Source of the DNA: an uncultured Gammaproteobacteria bacterium
GTDB taxonomy: Bacteria > Patescibacteriota > Microgenomatia > UBA10105 > UBA927
Direction: 5' to 3'
Assembly (NCBI GenBank): GCA_964588145.1
Contig: CAZPNL010000003.1
Span: 1 to 47,586, forward strand
DNA: 47,586 nucleotides
Each line of letters opens with the position of its first letter. The first letter of the stretch is position 1. The translations under genes were made by a program, and so were the position numbers. The notes under the pieces were generated by a model. It ran no database searches and was not told where the DNA came from. It saw only the letters and a program-made list of their open reading frames with translations. This document shows, one piece after another, positions 1-9,583 of this stretch.

Positions 1-674
1 AGTGGCTCTGAAGTATTGTCTATAGCTTCTTGAATACTAGTGGTCTTGACTGATTCATGCACCTTTGTCAGTTCATGTCCTACGCTCATTGTCACTTTCC
101 CCAGTACATCTTTGATGTCATGAAGCGTTGTTTGCAATTTGTGCGGTGCGCAGTAACATATATAGGTTGACTCCAGAGACTTTTGAGAATTTTTGAGTGC
201 CTCAAGAAGTTTTTTCCTAGCACCTTCCTTTTCAGGCAAAAATCCCAAAAAGGTAAAATGATTGACTGGGAGGCCCGAGCTTGCGATAGCAGTGAGGATA
301 GCACTTGGGCCAGGTACGGCGACTGTTGCAATATTGTGCTTGTGTGCGCCGCTTACAAGCAGATACCCTGGATCTGATACAAGTGGAGTTCCCGCATCGC
401 TTATAAGTGCCACTGATACGCCCTCTTTTAATTTACCTATAAGACCTGGTACCTCAGTTTGTTCAGTCTGTTCATCCAGTCGCACAAGTGTACGTTTCAG
501 ATTTGGAATGATAGAAAGTGCCCGAGCGTATTTCTCAAGATGTAAAAGGAGGAGGCCCGTTCTGCGAGTGTCCTCACATGCAATTACAGGAACGGTAAGC
601 AAGACTTTTATCGCACGAAGTGTAATATCTTCCAAATTTCCTATAGGTGTTGACACAAGGTAAAGAGTACCCAT
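1..674 (-). CDS. rsmI: 16S rRNA (cytidine1402-2'-O)-methyltransferase RsmI, 3' end runs off window
   Basis: Hand translation from ATG at 674: MGTLYLVSTPIGNLEDITLRAIKVLLTVPVIACEDTRRTGLL..., with later ICYCAPHKL and VGHELTKVHE. The frame is open to the window edge, which probably explains its absence from the ORF track. Confidence 0.9.
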   Translation of the reverse strand, partial: MGTLYLVSTPIGNLEDITLRAIKVLLTVPVIACEDTRRTGLLLLHLEKYARALSIIPNLKRTLVRLDEQTEQTEVPGLIGKLKEGVSVALISDAGTPLVSDPGYLLVSGAHKHNIATVAVPGPSAILTAIASSGLPVNHFTFLGFLPEKEGARKKLLEALKNSQKSLESTYICYCAPHKLQTTLHDIKDVLGKVTMSVGHELTKVHESVKTTSIQEAIDNTSEP

Positions 675-772
675 ATAGTAAACGATATCATAAATATATA
701 TTGTTTGACAGTGCAATGTATTTATTGCTTTGAACTGTAGCTTATATTTCACATTTTGATAAAGGAGTATAC

Positions 773-1450
773 ATGAAACAATTTGAGCATTTATTAACGA
801 GTTTCGCGAGCATGGTACCTGTTGAATTATTTGTAATCTTAGGATCAATCATAGAGGAAATCGTAGCACCTATACCTTCTCCTCTTGTACCAACTCTTAC
901 TGGAAGCATAGCAAAGCTACAAAATATGCCAATCTGGTATTTATTTATTTTATCTATACTCGGAGCTGTAGGAAAAACTTGTGGTGCAACAATATTTTAT
1001 TTTTTAGCAGATAAACTAGAAGACGTCATTTTAACAAAATTTGGAAAGCTAATAGGTGTTGGACATAAAGAAATTGAAACTATTGGATCTAAATTTGGCA
1101 AAGGTAAAAAAGATTTTTATATTTTATTTCCACTTAGATCAATCCCATTTATGCCAAGTACCCCTATATCCCTTGCTTGTGGATTATTCAAAACTAGCCT
1201 AAAGTCTTTTGTGTTAGCGGCGTTTTTGGGTACAATCATACGAGATTCTATCTTTCTATATTTTGGGTACGCAGGTGCAGAAACATTTAGCAATCTCACA
1301 CATGGTTTTGAAAAAGCAGAATCGATACTTACTATAATTGGATTTGGTTTATTGGGTTTAGGACTTATGTATTTATATTACAAAATCAGAATCAAAAAAA
1401 ATTATTCAAAATCTGATGATGTATCTAAAGACGCATCTGAAGTGAAATAA
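773..1450 (+). CDS. DedA/VTT-domain membrane protein
   Basis: 225 aa, hydrophobic; EEIVAPIPS and LRSIPF motifs typical of the DedA/SNARE-associated family. Confidence 0.75.
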   Translation: MKQFEHLLTSFASMVPVELFVILGSIIEEIVAPIPSPLVPTLTGSIAKLQNMPIWYLFILSILGAVGKTCGATIFYFLADKLEDVILTKFGKLIGVGHKEIETIGSKFGKGKKDFYILFPLRSIPFMPSTPISLACGLFKTSLKSFVLAAFLGTIIRDSIFLYFGYAGAETFSNLTHGFEKAESILTIIGFGLLGLGLMYLYYKIRIKKNYSKSDDVSKDASEVK

Positions 1451-1474
1451 AGCCTTCTTGGCCTGAATGATTGT

Positions 1475-2101
1475 TCAAGCGCTATACTTTCGGATAACAC
1501 CAACAACCTTACCTTGCACTTTGCAATGTGTAGTAATAATTGGGCTCATAGCTGAATTTGCTGGCATGAGTCTGATCCGATCTTTTTCAAAATAAATTCG
1601 CTTGAGTGTTGCCAGTCCGTTGGGCAAAAGTGCCACGACAATGTCCCCATTTTTTGCGTCCTGTTGGTGTTGGACCACCACAAAATCTCCATCCAGGATG
1701 CCGTCCTCTATCATTGACGTCCCCTTTACTTGGAGTACATATCCGGCCTTATCCTTTGATACCATCCCTGGAGGAATCGAGAGATAATAATTTGGATCAG
1801 TGTATGGCTCAAGTGGGGCTCCTGCAGCAATGTATCCAAGTACAGGTAACTCAACTACTGTCTGTTGATTGGCTGCTCGGTTGTAGTCAGCCACTACTTC
1901 AAGTCCTCGAGCTGTACCATCAAGTTTTTTGATATAGCCTTTTTGACGGAGTTTATCGATATGCTCATGAACTGTAGCAGGGGAATTCATACCCATTCCT
2001 GCACCAATTTCCTTAAGTGTTGGTGCATATCCATAGCGCTGGATAAACTGGGTGATAAAGTCTAAAAGTTGTCGTTCGCGCTGGTAGAGTACTGCTGGCA
2101 T
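1475..2101 (-). CDS. lexA: SOS repressor LexA
   Basis: N-terminal wHTH (YAPTLKEIG...SPATVHEHIDKL), IAAG cleavage site, catalytic Ser (GTSMI) and Lys (ATLKR). Confidence 0.95.
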   Translation of the reverse strand: MPAVLYQRERQLLDFITQFIQRYGYAPTLKEIGAGMGMNSPATVHEHIDKLRQKGYIKKLDGTARGLEVVADYNRAANQQTVVELPVLGYIAAGAPLEPYTDPNYYLSIPPGMVSKDKAGYVLQVKGTSMIEDGILDGDFVVVQHQQDAKNGDIVVALLPNGLATLKRIYFEKDRIRLMPANSAMSPIITTHCKVQGKVVGVIRKYSA

Positions 2102-2119
2102 ATGTTTAAAATGAATGTA

Positions 2120-2230
2120 AATCCAAATTTCAAAAATCCAAATGTCAAAACAAGCAAAACAAAAAAGTACAAAATGTCAAAACAAATCGCAATGTAAACT
2201 AATTAAAAATGTCAAAACAAACAAAAAAAT
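2120..2230. repeat. AT-rich direct repeats (AAATGTCAAAACAA x3) in lexA-uvrB intergenic region
   Basis: Three copies at about 2141, 2172 and 2207, plus aaatccaaat repeats. Confidence 0.7.
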
Positions 2231-2250
2231 CACAAACTAATACTATAAAT

Positions 2251-2265
2251 AAGTACTAAGTACTT
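2251..2265. promoter_or_regulatory. Perfect inverted repeat AAGTACT-A-AGTACTT, candidate operator
   Basis: Palindrome in the divergent lexA/uvrB promoter region; operator role is inferred. Confidence 0.35.
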
Positions 2266-2405
2266 TTAACTATTTAAGTATCTGTCTGAAGCGTGGTATG
2301 ATAAAAACCGAAATGTCTTACGCTTCTTGTATACTATGCCAAAAGAAAGCCGAATGGTCAATAGATCATTAGACATCAAAAAGAGTCAATAATTGAATAA
2401 TATTT

Positions 2406-4454
2406 ATGAACCAATTTATCCTCGAGTCAAAATATCAAGCAGCAGGCGATCAGCCTGCAGCTATCGCGGCACTTGTGCGTGGAATTCAGGCTCAGATGAA
2501 AGAGCAGGTGCTGGTTGGGGTTACTGGTAGTGGTAAAACCTACACCATGGCTTCCGTTATTGAGAAACTCAATAGACCCGCGCTCATCATTTCACATAAC
2601 AAAACTCTTGCAGCCCAGCTCTACCAGGAGTTTCGTGATTTTTTTCCGAAAAATGCCGTGTCTTACTTCGTATCTTACTACGACTATTACCAGCCTGAGG
2701 CCTATGTAGCCTCTACAGATACATACATAGAAAAGGAAACGGAGATAAATGAGGAAATAGATAAACTCCGTCTGGCTGCCACAACTAACATTTTGACGCG
2801 CCCCGATGCTATCGTCGTAGCCTCAGTTTCATGTATTTACAATATTGGTTCTCCCAAAGAGTACGGCAACTTTGTCCTCGAGCTTCAGCCTGGTGCCAAA
2901 GTAAGCCGTGAGCAAATTATTCTACGGCTAACTAATCTGCAGTATGAACGGAGTGATTACGGCTTTCATCGCAGTACCTTTAGGGTCAGAGGTGATGCGA
3001 TTGACGTTTTTCCCGCCTATGAGGACCGTGCAATTCGCATCATAGTAGGCGAGCAGTTTATCAATCATTTGAGCTATGTCGATCCCCTCACGGGAGCTCA
3101 AGAGGAAGTGATTAGCGGGACTGTACTCTATCCTGCCAAACATTACATGACTGACCCCAAGACCTATCATGATGTATTTGAAAAAATCCGAGCAGACCTA
3201 GATGAACAAGAAGCGTTTTTTAAATCAAAGGGTAAACTTATTGAGGCCCAGCGCATACGGCAACGAGTTGAATATGATTTGGAAATGCTTGCAGAGATTG
3301 GCTTTGTGAATGGTATCGAAAACTATTCTCGCTATTTTGATGGCAGAGAACCCGGTAGTGCACCATTTTCACTCTTTGAATACTTTCAGGAAGCATATGG
3401 TGACGAATGGTTACTATTTATCGATGAGTCCCACATGACTATTCCCCAGGTACGGGGTATGTACAACGGCGACCGTTCGCGCAAACAAACACTGATCGAC
3501 TTTGGATTTCGTCTTCCTGCAGCACTAGACAATAGACCACTGCGTTTTGATGAATTTTTACGTATCCTTCCGCAAACCATATATGTATCTGCAACGCCAG
3601 ACGAATGGGAAATGGAGCGTGTTTCGAGTGAATCAAAAAGGGTTGATGATCCCGCATTAACGGGTGTAGTTGAACAGTTAGTAAGGCCTACTGGTTTAAT
3701 TGATCCTGTCATCGAAGTGCGCCCTGTCAAAGACCAAATCCCAGATCTCCTCAAAGAAATTCAAATGAGAGTAGAAAAACATGAACGCGTATTAGTGACA
3801 ACCCTTACTAAGCGCATGGCAGAGGATCTCTCAAAATTTCTTGAGGAAAAAGAGATCAAGGTCCATTATTTGCACGCGGATATCCTAACGCTCGAACGAA
3901 GTGATATTCTCGCAGACCTTCGTAAGGGTAAGTACGATGTAATTGTGGGAATTAATCTCTTACGCGAAGGGCTGGATTTACCTGAAGTATCGCTTGTGGC
4001 TATTCTAGATGCTGATAAAGAGGGGTTTCTCCGCAGTCGCACAAGTCTCATCCAAACCATGGGACGTGCGGCACGTAATGTTGGTGGGAAAGCTATCCTA
4101 TATGGTGATGTGATGACCAGATCGATGAAAGCTGCCATGGAGGAAGTCGAACGCAGACGTGAGGTGCAGCTTGCATACAACGCCAAGCACTGTATCACAC
4201 CGGAGTCTATTTCAAAACCTATTCGTGCTGATATGGTTGAGCATGACCCGAATGCCCCAGTGGAGGGTGAACTCCGTGCCAGCGATGTGACGAAAGAATA
4301 TATTCAAACCTTGACTCCCAAGGATGCCAAGGAGTCAGTCAAAAAACTCAGGAAAGCTATGCAGGTAGCCAGCCACGACCTCAACTTCGAACTCGCAGCC
4401 CAGCTGCGAGATACGATTGCCAGGATTGAGAAAGAGGTAGGCGTGGGGAAGTAA
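2406..4454 (+). CDS. uvrB: Excinuclease ABC subunit B
   Basis: GVTGSGKT Walker A, YYDYYQPEAY beta-hairpin, DESH, C-terminal UVR domain. Confidence 0.97.
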   Translation: MNQFILESKYQAAGDQPAAIAALVRGIQAQMKEQVLVGVTGSGKTYTMASVIEKLNRPALIISHNKTLAAQLYQEFRDFFPKNAVSYFVSYYDYYQPEAYVASTDTYIEKETEINEEIDKLRLAATTNILTRPDAIVVASVSCIYNIGSPKEYGNFVLELQPGAKVSREQIILRLTNLQYERSDYGFHRSTFRVRGDAIDVFPAYEDRAIRIIVGEQFINHLSYVDPLTGAQEEVISGTVLYPAKHYMTDPKTYHDVFEKIRADLDEQEAFFKSKGKLIEAQRIRQRVEYDLEMLAEIGFVNGIENYSRYFDGREPGSAPFSLFEYFQEAYGDEWLLFIDESHMTIPQVRGMYNGDRSRKQTLIDFGFRLPAALDNRPLRFDEFLRILPQTIYVSATPDEWEMERVSSESKRVDDPALTGVVEQLVRPTGLIDPVIEVRPVKDQIPDLLKEIQMRVEKHERVLVTTLTKRMAEDLSKFLEEKEIKVHYLHADILTLERSDILADLRKGKYDVIVGINLLREGLDLPEVSLVAILDADKEGFLRSRTSLIQTMGRAARNVGGKAILYGDVMTRSMKAAMEEVERRREVQLAYNAKHCITPESISKPIRADMVEHDPNAPVEGELRASDVTKEYIQTLTPKDAKESVKKLRKAMQVASHDLNFELAAQLRDTIARIEKEVGVGK

Positions 4455-4609
4455 TTTACGTTTAGCTTATAATTGCTCACTTTAAATATTTGTGTCATAA
4501 TCTATTGCCACGGTCATCTCGCGGTTATTTTGCGTATGGCCGATAGGGAGAGCATGGTATGTAGGGCATCTAGCGCTCATCTTGTACTAATCTTGCGCTC
4601 ATCAATATT

Positions 4610-7528
4610 ATGGATACTCTAAAGATACGCGGCGCCCGCCAACACAATCTTAAAAACGTTGATCTGGATGTCCCCAAGTACAAATTGGTGGTATTTACCG
4701 GGCTATCTGGGTCTGGCAAATCCAGCTTGGCGTTTGACACGATTTACGCTGAGGGGCAACGACGGTATGTCGAATCACTCTCTAGCTATGCCCGTCAGTT
4801 TTTGGGCATCATGGACAAGCCAGATGTTGATAGCATCGAAGGCTTGTCACCCGCTATCTCGATAGATCAAAAATCCACCTCACACAATCCCAGATCAACG
4901 GTAGGTACTGTGACAGAAATTTATGACTATCTACGTCTCCTTTTCGCAAGAGTTGGTCACCCACATTGCCCCAACTGTGGCCGCGAAATCAGTCGTCAGA
5001 CGCCCCAACAAATCGTAGACGGTGTCATCCGCTTCGCAACAGAGACTCTCAAGTCTACCGCCAATCGCCAGGTGCGTTTCATGATTCTGGCGCCAGTGGT
5101 GCGTGACCGCAAAGGAGAATTTTCGACGCTTCTGACAAACCTCCGGCAAAAAGGTATCAGGCAGGCCAGAGTTGACGGTCGGTATATGGGAACAGACGAA
5201 GATCTCATACTCATAAAAACCAACAAACATACTATAGAAGCCATTCATGACCGCATTACTATTGCGCCCAAGGATCTCAAAGACGCTGGGCTTCCTCTCT
5301 TGCGAACCAGGCTGAACGATGCAGTCGAGCAGGCGCTGCTCCTCTCTGACGGCATCGTAGTGGTTAGTGAGGTCAAAGACGCCAGCTTTGATTTTCCAGA
5401 AAAGCCAAAAGAAACAGTCGATCATACATACTCTGAAAAATTTAGTTGCCCGGTCTGTAATATCTCTTTTCCCGAGATCGAGCCACGAACGTTTTCCTTT
5501 AACTCTCCTCACGGCGCGTGCTCATCTTGTACGGGGCTTGGCTCAGTACTCACCGTAGACCCAACGCTTGTGTTCAAAGAAAATCTTACGATACTGGAGG
5601 GTGGCATCCTTCCATTTGCCTCAATGTTTATGCACGACACATGGTTTTCTCGCGTGGTAGCAACCGTCTGCGATACGCATGGCATTGATCCGCGAACACC
5701 AATTGCCAAGCTTTCTGATAAACATAAACAAATATTGCTTGAGGGCACAGGGGAGCAAATCTACCGTGTCACGGGTACCAATCGCCAAGGGGAGTCTACC
5801 GCCATTCATGAACCGTACCGTGGGGTCGTGGGGGAACTCAAAATGCGTCATTCTCAAACCGAATCAGAGTTTGTTCGTGCCGAGATTGAAAAATATATGC
5901 GTGATGAACGGTGCACAGCATGTGACGGGAAGCGCCTCAAAAAAGAATCACTCACGGTAACTATTGCAGACAAATCTATTGCAGACGTCACAGACATGTC
6001 CATCACGCGCGGACGGAGTTGGATGGATACGCTCACATCTCCCACGCTTTCACAAACCGAGATGACCATATCCACTCCAATAGTAAAAGAAATCAAATCC
6101 AGACTGCAGTTTTTGGCAAATGTGGGACTTGAGTATTTGACACTTTCACGTAGTGCCACGACTCTATCTGGTGGTGAAGCCCAGCGTATTCGTCTGGCAT
6201 CTCAAATTGGCTCTGGCCTTTCAGGAGTTCTTTATATTTTAGACGAGCCATCCATAGGATTACATCAGCGTGATAATCAGAAACTCATCGATACGCTCGA
6301 ACACCTACGAAACTTGGGAAATACTGTAATCGTTGTTGAACACGATCGTGACATGATGGAGGCCGCAGACTTCCTCGTCGATTTTGGGCCGGGTGCAGGT
6401 GTACACGGTGGCGCAATCGTGGCAGCAGGTCCAAGTGCTGAAGTGAAAAAAGTGAAACACTCTGTTACGGCACAATTTCTCCGTGGTGATAGAACTATCA
6501 GTCGCAATAGACATGCCCACGCAGATAAACCAGAAAGATGGCTCGAGCTTGTGGATGCGCATCAAAACAATCTAAAGCATGTAAATTTATCTATTCCGTT
6601 AGGTCTTCTCACATGTGTAACAGGAGTATCTGGGAGTGGAAAGTCGACGCTTGTCGTAGAAACCCTCTACAAGGCTTTGGAAAAGCAGTACAACCCACTT
6701 TATAAAGATAAACCTGGGGTATTTAAAGAGCTTAAAGGCCTAAAAGAATTAGATAAGGTAGTGCTCGTAGACCAATCACCCATTGGTCGTACACCAAGAT
6801 CAAATCCCGCCACCTACATAGGCATGTTTCAACTCATTCGTGATCTCTATGCCAACATGCCAGATGCCAAAGTGCGCGGATATCAGCCTGGAAGATTTTC
6901 CTTTAATGTCAAAGGTGGCCGCTGTGAAGCATGTGAGGGAGAGGGACAACGCAAAATTGAAATGCAATTTCTCTCAGATGTCTACGTGACCTGTGAGGTT
7001 TGTCACGGCAGACGCTACAATAGCGAGACTCTTGAAGTAGAGTTTCATGGAAAAAATATTGGCCAGGTACTAGAGATGACAGCTGAGGAAGCCAAAGAGT
7101 TTTTTACCCATCAACCACTCATCTGTCGTAAAGCCGAGACGCTTGTCGATGTTGGTTTGGGGTATGTGAAGCTTGGCCAGCCCGCCCCCACGCTCTCTGG
7201 TGGTGAGGCACAACGGATAAAGCTTGCAAGTGAGCTCTCACGGAAAGCCACAGGTAGAACGATCTATATTTTAGATGAACCTACAACGGGACTACATTTT
7301 GCAGATATAGATAAGTTGCTTGCAGTATTACATAAATTAAGCGAGTCTGGAAATACAATTCTGGTAATCGAACACAATCTGGATGTCATCAAAAATGCTG
7401 ATTGGGTAGTGGATCTGGGGCCTGAGGGTGGAGATGGTGGAGGTGAGATACTAGTTGCAGGTCCCCCTGAACTTATCGCCAAAACTACTCGTTCACACAC
7501 TGGATCATTTTTGAAAGAATTGTTTTGA
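4610..7528 (+). CDS. uvrA: Excinuclease ABC subunit A
   Basis: Two ABC domains (GLSGSGKS, GVSGSGKS; LSGGEAQRI x2) and zinc-finger CxxC motifs. Confidence 0.97.
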   Translation: MDTLKIRGARQHNLKNVDLDVPKYKLVVFTGLSGSGKSSLAFDTIYAEGQRRYVESLSSYARQFLGIMDKPDVDSIEGLSPAISIDQKSTSHNPRSTVGTVTEIYDYLRLLFARVGHPHCPNCGREISRQTPQQIVDGVIRFATETLKSTANRQVRFMILAPVVRDRKGEFSTLLTNLRQKGIRQARVDGRYMGTDEDLILIKTNKHTIEAIHDRITIAPKDLKDAGLPLLRTRLNDAVEQALLLSDGIVVVSEVKDASFDFPEKPKETVDHTYSEKFSCPVCNISFPEIEPRTFSFNSPHGACSSCTGLGSVLTVDPTLVFKENLTILEGGILPFASMFMHDTWFSRVVATVCDTHGIDPRTPIAKLSDKHKQILLEGTGEQIYRVTGTNRQGESTAIHEPYRGVVGELKMRHSQTESEFVRAEIEKYMRDERCTACDGKRLKKESLTVTIADKSIADVTDMSITRGRSWMDTLTSPTLSQTEMTISTPIVKEIKSRLQFLANVGLEYLTLSRSATTLSGGEAQRIRLASQIGSGLSGVLYILDEPSIGLHQRDNQKLIDTLEHLRNLGNTVIVVEHDRDMMEAADFLVDFGPGAGVHGGAIVAAGPSAEVKKVKHSVTAQFLRGDRTISRNRHAHADKPERWLELVDAHQNNLKHVNLSIPLGLLTCVTGVSGSGKSTLVVETLYKALEKQYNPLYKDKPGVFKELKGLKELDKVVLVDQSPIGRTPRSNPATYIGMFQLIRDLYANMPDAKVRGYQPGRFSFNVKGGRCEACEGEGQRKIEMQFLSDVYVTCEVCHGRRYNSETLEVEFHGKNIGQVLEMTAEEAKEFFTHQPLICRKAETLVDVGLGYVKLGQPAPTLSGGEAQRIKLASELSRKATGRTIYILDEPTTGLHFADIDKLLAVLHKLSESGNTILVIEHNLDVIKNADWVVDLGPEGGDGGGEILVAGPPELIAKTTRSHTGSFLKELF

Positions 7529-7545
7529 TAGGGCATGGCTTAATC

Positions 7546-7730
7546 CGTCATCCTCGACCTGATCGAGGATCAGTTAGGGTAATATTTGGATTCTCGTTTT
7601 CACGAGAATGACAATTTGTGACAGCTTGAATCATTCGATCTGTCATCCTCGGCCTGCCTCGCCGGCAGGCGGGCCTGACCGAGGATCCAGTGGGATTGCC
7701 TAATTTGATACTCGCTTCCGCGAGAGTGAC
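7546..7730. repeat. Cluster of four (C)GTC-type REP-like palindromes in alternating orientation (REPIN/BIME-like)
   Basis: CGTCATCCTCGACCTGATCGAGGATC 7546-7571 (+); GTCATTCTCGTGAAAACGAGAATC 7589-7612 (-); GTCATCCTCGG...CCGAGGATC 7642-7687 (+); GTCACTCTCGCGGAAGCGAGTATC 7707-7730 (-). Confidence 0.75.
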
Positions 7731-7783
7731 ACGCAAATGAATTGATTAATAATCGTACAAAAAACACGAAGTGCGTATACAGC

Positions 7784-9583
7784 ATGTGGCAAAAAATTCT
7801 TCAATTATTTTGTATAACTGTTTGTGCCCTACCTTTTGCTTCAAAAATATATGCAGTTGATCAATTTCACTCTATTTATGATGTGAGCTATGAAATTGGC
7901 CCAACTGGAACTACAACTGTTACTCAACAAATAAAACTCATCATTTCTGATTCGAGCACATACCCCAAAGGATACACTATCACTATAGACAGTTTGGGTA
8001 TTAGTAATGTCGTGGCGCGGGACACCACTGGACAAATTACCCCTACGCTCACCAAAGACGGACAAAAAACCACAATTTCTCTCCAATTTAATAAACCAGT
8101 TATCGGGTTAGGGTCTGTTCAAGAATTAACGGTTCGGTTTGATGATGCTGATATCGCCAAAAAAGTTGGGGCGGTTTGGGAAGTAAATCTCCCACCTGCA
8201 CCCCAAGATTCGTCTGTTGATGGGTATACCGCTAAAGTTAAAGTACATCCAGATCTAGGGCCATTAGCGTACGTATGGCCTAAGCCAGTCAATGGTGATT
8301 TTTGGACGAAAACCGAACTTGCCCACGGCATCACTGCAGCATATGGGCAACAGCAGGTCTACGAGTTTACTCTGTCATACTTTTTAGCAAATCCCCGGTA
8401 TAACGCGCAAGATCTTTCGATAACACTCCCACCAGATACCAGTTTTCAATCCGTATCAATTCGATCTCTTGAACCCCTTCCAAATAAATTATCTGTGGAC
8501 CCCGATGGCAATTGGATTGCTACATATGCAATGAAGTCACGACAAACGTTAGATATTCTCGCAACTGTTGTAGTGGAAACACGAGTTGTACCTAGGGGAA
8601 ACTCCACCACAGGAGAGATTGTGTTTCCAAAAGATACCCAGTGGGATACCACAAATCCAGCCATAACAGCTCTTGCTACACATATCAAATCACCTCTTGA
8701 TGTATATAAAACTGTTGTAGAACATCTCCAGTACAGCGATTCTGCCCTTACGAGTGGCCCAATACGCAGACACATTGATGACCTTCTTGCTCACGTTGAC
8801 ATAGCGCTTTGTATGCAATATACGGATCTCTTTGTCACACTTGCTCGTGCAAGCGGAATCCCTGCTCGAGCTGTCATTGGTTATGCATATACTACCGATG
8901 ACCGGCAAAGGCCATTATCCTTTATCCGTGATGTGCTCCATGCGTGGCCTGAATATTATGATACTGAGAGTAAATTGTGGATCCCTGTCGATCCCACCTG
9001 GGCAGATACGACTGGCGGCAATGACTACTTTAGTACGCACGATTTTAATCACGTAGCATTTACCATATGGGGTCAGTCGAGTGATAAACCCTATCCACCT
9101 GGGTTTTATAAAAACAATGAAAAGATGCGTCGTGATATTCGTGTTAAATTTCTGACAGAATATCCAGAGCCTGTAGTGACTGATGTTCGTACGGGCACAA
9201 CAGTACCAACTGTTATACTCGCAGGTATTCCAACCATTCTAGAATTAGAACTCGGTAATCCTTCAGGAACAACGGTAGAAATCAAAGACATCCGCACTGG
9301 TGGCGAGCCATTTGAGTACAGTCAAAGGTTTGGGACAGTGACCATCCCACCTTTTTCTCAAAAAAACCTGCAGTCTCCCTTTCACACACCATCCCTGTTT
9401 GATGTTGGAAATGGAAAAATATATTTTCAGGTGGGTGAGCACATGCTTGAGCGACACTTTTTTGTGATCCCAGTATTTATTTTTCTCATCCCACTAGTAA
9501 TGCCATTTTTACTCTATGGTATTATGCGAGTATATCGGTATATCTCTCCACTTTTATGGAAAAAACGCTCAAGGAGACACTAG
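7784..9583 (+). CDS. Exported/membrane-anchored transglutaminase-like domain protein
   Basis: Signal-peptide-like N-terminus (MWQKILQLF...); triad motifs ALCMQYT, LHAWPEYY, WIPVDPTW; C-terminal TM. Start moved to ATG 7784. Confidence 0.85.
   Translation: MWQKILQLFCITVCALPFASKIYAVDQFHSIYDVSYEIGPTGTTTVTQQIKLIISDSSTYPKGYTITIDSLGISNVVARDTTGQITPTLTKDGQKTTISLQFNKPVIGLGSVQELTVRFDDADIAKKVGAVWEVNLPPAPQDSSVDGYTAKVKVHPDLGPLAYVWPKPVNGDFWTKTELAHGITAAYGQQQVYEFTLSYFLANPRYNAQDLSITLPPDTSFQSVSIRSLEPLPNKLSVDPDGNWIATYAMKSRQTLDILATVVVETRVVPRGNSTTGEIVFPKDTQWDTTNPAITALATHIKSPLDVYKTVVEHLQYSDSALTSGPIRRHIDDLLAHVDIALCMQYTDLFVTLARASGIPARAVIGYAYTTDDRQRPLSFIRDVLHAWPEYYDTESKLWIPVDPTWADTTGGNDYFSTHDFNHVAFTIWGQSSDKPYPPGFYKNNEKMRRDIRVKFLTEYPEPVVTDVRTGTTVPTVILAGIPTILELELGNPSGTTVEIKDIRTGGEPFEYSQRFGTVTIPPFSQKNLQSPFHTPSLFDVGNGKIYFQVGEHMLERHFFVIPVFIFLIPLVMPFLLYGIMRVYRYISPLLWKKRSRRH

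Noticed and set aside
92-663. Short ORFs at 92-331, 183-377 and 262-663, and the many antisense ORFs over uvrA/B, Pat, HDAC and GT genes
   Set aside because: They are shadows of well-supported genes on another frame or strand, with no motifs.
7548-7785. ORFs 7548-7736 and 7600-7785 (PACRRGR/LPARQA peptides)
   Set aside because: They are translations of palindromic repeats, not credible genes.
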